Positions 29,588 through 32,000 of a stretch of 32,000 nt of DNA are shown here, in pieces. The number at the start of each line of letters is the position of its first letter. Position 1 is the first letter of the stretch. A program made the translations under genes and the position numbers. The DNA is from Candidatus Saccharimonadota bacterium. Lineage in GTDB: Bacteria; Patescibacteriota; Saccharimonadia; Saccharimonadales; UBA4665. The DNA lies in NCBI GenBank assembly GCA_963716945.1, contig OY970322.1:90001-122000 (forward strand), read 5' to 3'. A model generated the notes under the pieces. It ran no database searches. It had not been told where the DNA came from and worked only from the letters and a program-made list of their open reading frames with translations.

Positions 29588-30899
29588 CCGGTTCGTCCTG
29601 CGGTTTAGGGACTTGTACCATGGCTATGCCGGCCAGCCCCCACCACACATAAGCCAGCGTATCGTCGGTCCAGGCGTGGGACAGCATATTGATGAAGGTT
29701 ATGCCGATTAAGCTAGCGAACAGGCTGAGGGCCAGCGGATCATCGCGCCGCAGGAACAGCAAGTAGCCTACCCCCAGATTAATCAGTATGAACATCGCCA
29801 GGCCGAGCCAGCCGACTTCCTGCCCGATCTGAATGTAGTAGTTCTCGGCTATCCGGGCCGGATGGTCGTTGTAAACGCTGGCCGGGCCGGCCGCACCGGG
29901 GCCGTCGCCGAGCGGTTGGCGCCGCAGGTCGCTCAGGCCCTTCCTGAGGGCCGACAAATGCCCTTGGTCGGAGGTCGTCGGCACGGCGGAATTAGTTTGC
30001 GTATGCAAGACGAAGTTTTCGAAATTGACATCGTGGCGCAGGCCGATGGCCAGGCCGCCGCCGATTATTAGCAAAGCCGCCGCCGCGGCCAAGCCGATCC
30101 GCTGCGACCGCCGCGACAGCCGGCCGAGAAACAGGACCGTGACCAGGCTCAAGGCGGCGCCGACCCAGGCGCTGCGCGAGAAGGTGAAAAACAGCACCAC
30201 CAGCGCTGCGGCCAGGAACAAGCCCTGACGCCAGTTGCGCCGGCCGCGCGTCAGCCTGACCGCCACCAGGCTAATCGGGATGACCAGGTAAGCGCCCAAA
30301 GGGTTAGCCCCGCGCAAGGTCGAAAAAAACCGGACGTAATGCTGGTTATGGTTAATCGTCTCGACCGGCGGTATCGTCGAAGCGTTATAGCCGAAATGGC
30401 TCAAAAAATCGTTGGGCAGGACAAATATCTGGAGCAGCCCGAAAACCACCACGGCCACCGCCGGCCAATATACCAGCCACTGCCAGTTGGCCCGCAACCG
30501 CGTCAAGCGCAAGGCTACCGCCCAGGCTACCAGGAAGAAGACCAGGAACCGCAAGTTAACAATCAGGCCGTAGCCCAGCGCCTTGGCATTGACGTCATGC
30601 TGGTTGAGCGCCAGCAAGCCCCAGACGACACTCAGCAGCATATAGGCGAAAATCAGCCAGACCAGCCGGCGCGTCAAGGTGTGGCTGCGGATCTTGTGGT
30701 CGGCCGCAATCAGGTAAATCGCGCCGATCGTGCAAAGCACTAGCAAGCCCTCTTTCCAGAGGCGCAGCGCCGTATAATGGCCGAACAGGCTGGCACCCCA
30801 GACGGTCAGGAAAGCATGGAACGGCATCAGCAGCAGGATGGCCATGACAATACCGCTCACCCACGTCAAAACCGTATACTTCAGCGCCGATGTTTTCAT
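29574..30899 (-). CDS. O-antigen ligase / O-antigen polymerase family (Wzy_C) membrane protein
   Basis: 441 aa with about 10-12 TM helices. The FTFSRSAWVGAAL segment followed by a periplasmic loop with conserved H/R is typical of the O-antigen ligase family. Confidence 0.78.
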   Translation of the reverse strand: MKTSALKYTVLTWVSGIVMAILLLMPFHAFLTVWGASLFGHYTALRLWKEGLLVLCTIGAIYLIAADHKIRSHTLTRRLVWLIFAYMLLSVVWGLLALNQHDVNAKALGYGLIVNLRFLVFFLVAWAVALRLTRLRANWQWLVYWPAVAVVVFGLLQIFVLPNDFLSHFGYNASTIPPVETINHNQHYVRFFSTLRGANPLGAYLVIPISLVAVRLTRGRRNWRQGLFLAAALVVLFFTFSRSAWVGAALSLVTVLFLGRLSRRSQRIGLAAAAALLIIGGGLAIGLRHDVNFENFVLHTQTNSAVPTTSDQGHLSALRKGLSDLRRQPLGDGPGAAGPASVYNDHPARIAENYYIQIGQEVGWLGLAMFILINLGVGYLLFLRRDDPLALSLFASLIGITFINMLSHAWTDDTLAYVWWGLAGIAMVQVPKPQDEPGEKA

Positions 30900-30950
30900 A
30901 ATGCTACAATTTAGTATAGCTTAGGTTTCCGTGTCTATAAGCAGTACCCT

Positions 30951-32000
30951 ATGAAAAATAACGCTTCGCTCGTCTACAACTTTTGCCTGATTATCGGTGA
31001 CGCCCTGGCCATCACCGTGGCTTTTACCATCGCTTACATCTTGAGGGTAACGCTGGACCATCAGCCCTTGAGCGCCAATGTCCACGCCCATACTTACATC
31101 ACCATCCTGGTCAGCCTGCTGCCGTTCTGGATTCTGATCTTCGGCCTGCTGGGCCTGTACAACCTGAGGGTTTACGAGAAACGGTTCTCTGAGTTGGGCC
31201 GCCTGCTGGTCGGGACGTTCATCGGCATGCTGTTCGTCATCAGTTACAGCTACATGACCAACACCGTGATTTTTCCGGCCCGGCTGGTGACGGCTTACGG
31301 TTTCGGCCTGGCTTTCTTCTTCGTCCTGCTGTTCCGGACCGTGGCCCGGGGCCTGCGCCGCGAGCTCTTCGGCTACGGTATCGGCATCAACCAGGTGCTG
31401 CTGGTCGGCGATACCAAGACCACCCACCGCCTGATTGACGCCTTGTCCAACACGACCATCACCGGTTATCGGGTTGTCGGGGTCGTCGGCGGCATCAAGC
31501 ATCCGCTTAAGCCGGGCATTTCTTATAAACAGTACGATAGTTTCGCCGACGCCGTTCACCATCTCCGGGGCCGCCAGCTGCATACCATTATCCAGACTGA
31601 GCTCTACGCCGCCGGCGAGCGGAATGACGAAATCCTGACCTACGCCCAAGAGCATCATGCGGCTTACCGTTTCGTACCGGGCAACAGCGAATTGTTTGTC
31701 GGCAAGATAGAGGTCGACCTATTCCATGCCGTGCCGATTATCGCCGTCCACCAAACCGCCCTGATCGGCTGGGGCCGGGTGGTCAAACGGTTGACCGACC
31801 TGCTGTTGGGCGGTTTGATGCTCGTCATCGCCACGCCGTTCATGCTGCTGACCGCCATAGCCGTCAAGCTGACCGACGGCGGGCCGGTCTTTTTCCGGCA
31901 GGAGCGGCTCAGCCGTTTCCACACCAAAGTAAGGATTTTCAAATTCCGGTCTCTCAAATTACGCTATAACGGCCTGGACCCGGAAGAGGCCTTCCGGAAG
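30951..32000 (+). CDS. polyprenyl-phosphate glycosyl-1-phosphate transferase (bacterial sugar transferase, WbaP/EpsB-like), 3'-truncated by the window edge
   Basis: Not in the ORF track because no stop lies in the window. My hand translation from the ATG at 30951 gives 350 codons without a stop: MKNNASLVYNFCLIIGDALAITVAFTIAYIL... followed by 4-5 TMs and a central Rossmann-like region (VLLVGDTKTT). It ends in KRLTDLLLGGLMLVIATPFMLLTAIAVKLTDGGPVFFRQERLSRFHTKVRIFKFRS, the PF02397-type catalytic domain start. Confidence 0.85.
   Translation, partial: MKNNASLVYNFCLIIGDALAITVAFTIAYILRVTLDHQPLSANVHAHTYITILVSLLPFWILIFGLLGLYNLRVYEKRFSELGRLLVGTFIGMLFVISYSYMTNTVIFPARLVTAYGFGLAFFFVLLFRTVARGLRRELFGYGIGINQVLLVGDTKTTHRLIDALSNTTITGYRVVGVVGGIKHPLKPGISYKQYDSFADAVHHLRGRQLHTIIQTELYAAGERNDEILTYAQEHHAAYRFVPGNSELFVGKIEVDLFHAVPIIAVHQTALIGWGRVVKRLTDLLLGGLMLVIATPFMLLTAIAVKLTDGGPVFFRQERLSRFHTKVRIFKFRSLKLRYNGLDPEEAFRK

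Noticed and set aside
30921-31658. 245-aa minus-strand ORF
   Set aside because: It lies antisense to the plus-strand sugar transferase CDS (30951 onward), which has TM helices and the PF02397-type catalytic motif. The minus-strand translation is Q/D/G-rich nonsense.
1-32000. CRISPR arrays, IS elements, prophage or defence-system genes, and a diversity-generating retroelement (no RT, no TR/VR pair)
   Set aside because: Reading both strands, I found no regularly spaced direct repeats, no transposase, integrase or RT motifs (no YxDD), and no long duplicated segments. The only repeats are short low-complexity codon runs (Ser/Thr, Gly/Ser, Pro/Ala).

Overview
This is a GC-rich, tightly packed bacterial chromosomal window. 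Hand counts of sample 60-nt lines give about 57-63% GC in most genes. I support about 40 CDSs, 2 tRNA genes (both anticodon CAT), several intrinsic terminators and a set of sigma70-like promoters. I saw no rRNA, CRISPR array, transposase, integrase or phage gene.

Gene content is housekeeping plus cell envelope:
- Secretion, stress and division: tatA-tatC, a PadR-PspC stress pair, and FtsB/DivIC.
- Nucleotide, tRNA and cofactor functions: Dus, TsaC-MazG-NUDIX-SDR, type-2 AspRS, threonine aldolase, and NadD.
- Envelope and transport: an ABC-2 exporter, a MurC-like ligase, CNNM/CBS, DsbA-like, and a glycan locus (GtrA, O-antigen ligase, polyprenyl-phosphate sugar transferase).

The sugar transferase CDS (30951 to the window end) and an AbrB-like CDS (138 to 1) are missing from the ORF track because they run off the edges. 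The gene repertoire and compactness suggest a small-genome, Gram-positive-like lineage, possibly Patescibacteria/Saccharibacteria-like. That is inference only.

I did not find a clear multi-gene novel system such as a defence island. The best candidates for something undescribed are:
1. Two 252-nt non-coding regions flanking an ORFan(557 aa)-nadD operon. One (28412-28663) looks like an attenuator or riboswitch-like leader. The other (25855-26106) has a strong minus-strand promoter, strand-asymmetric hairpins, and a strongly SD-led 30-codon ORF.
2. The 557-aa protein itself, with an N-terminal tandem repeat and a C-terminal CX4CX11CX2CX3C cluster.
3. A LexA-type winged-helix regulator that lacks the S24 autopeptidase domain, sitting between the glycan genes and that operon.
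4. A lower-GC acidic 395-aa ORFan next to the initiator tRNA.
5. A pattern of -10 boxes 6-10 nt from start codons, suggesting leaderless first genes.

All functional calls rest on motif recognition by eye. No database search was run.
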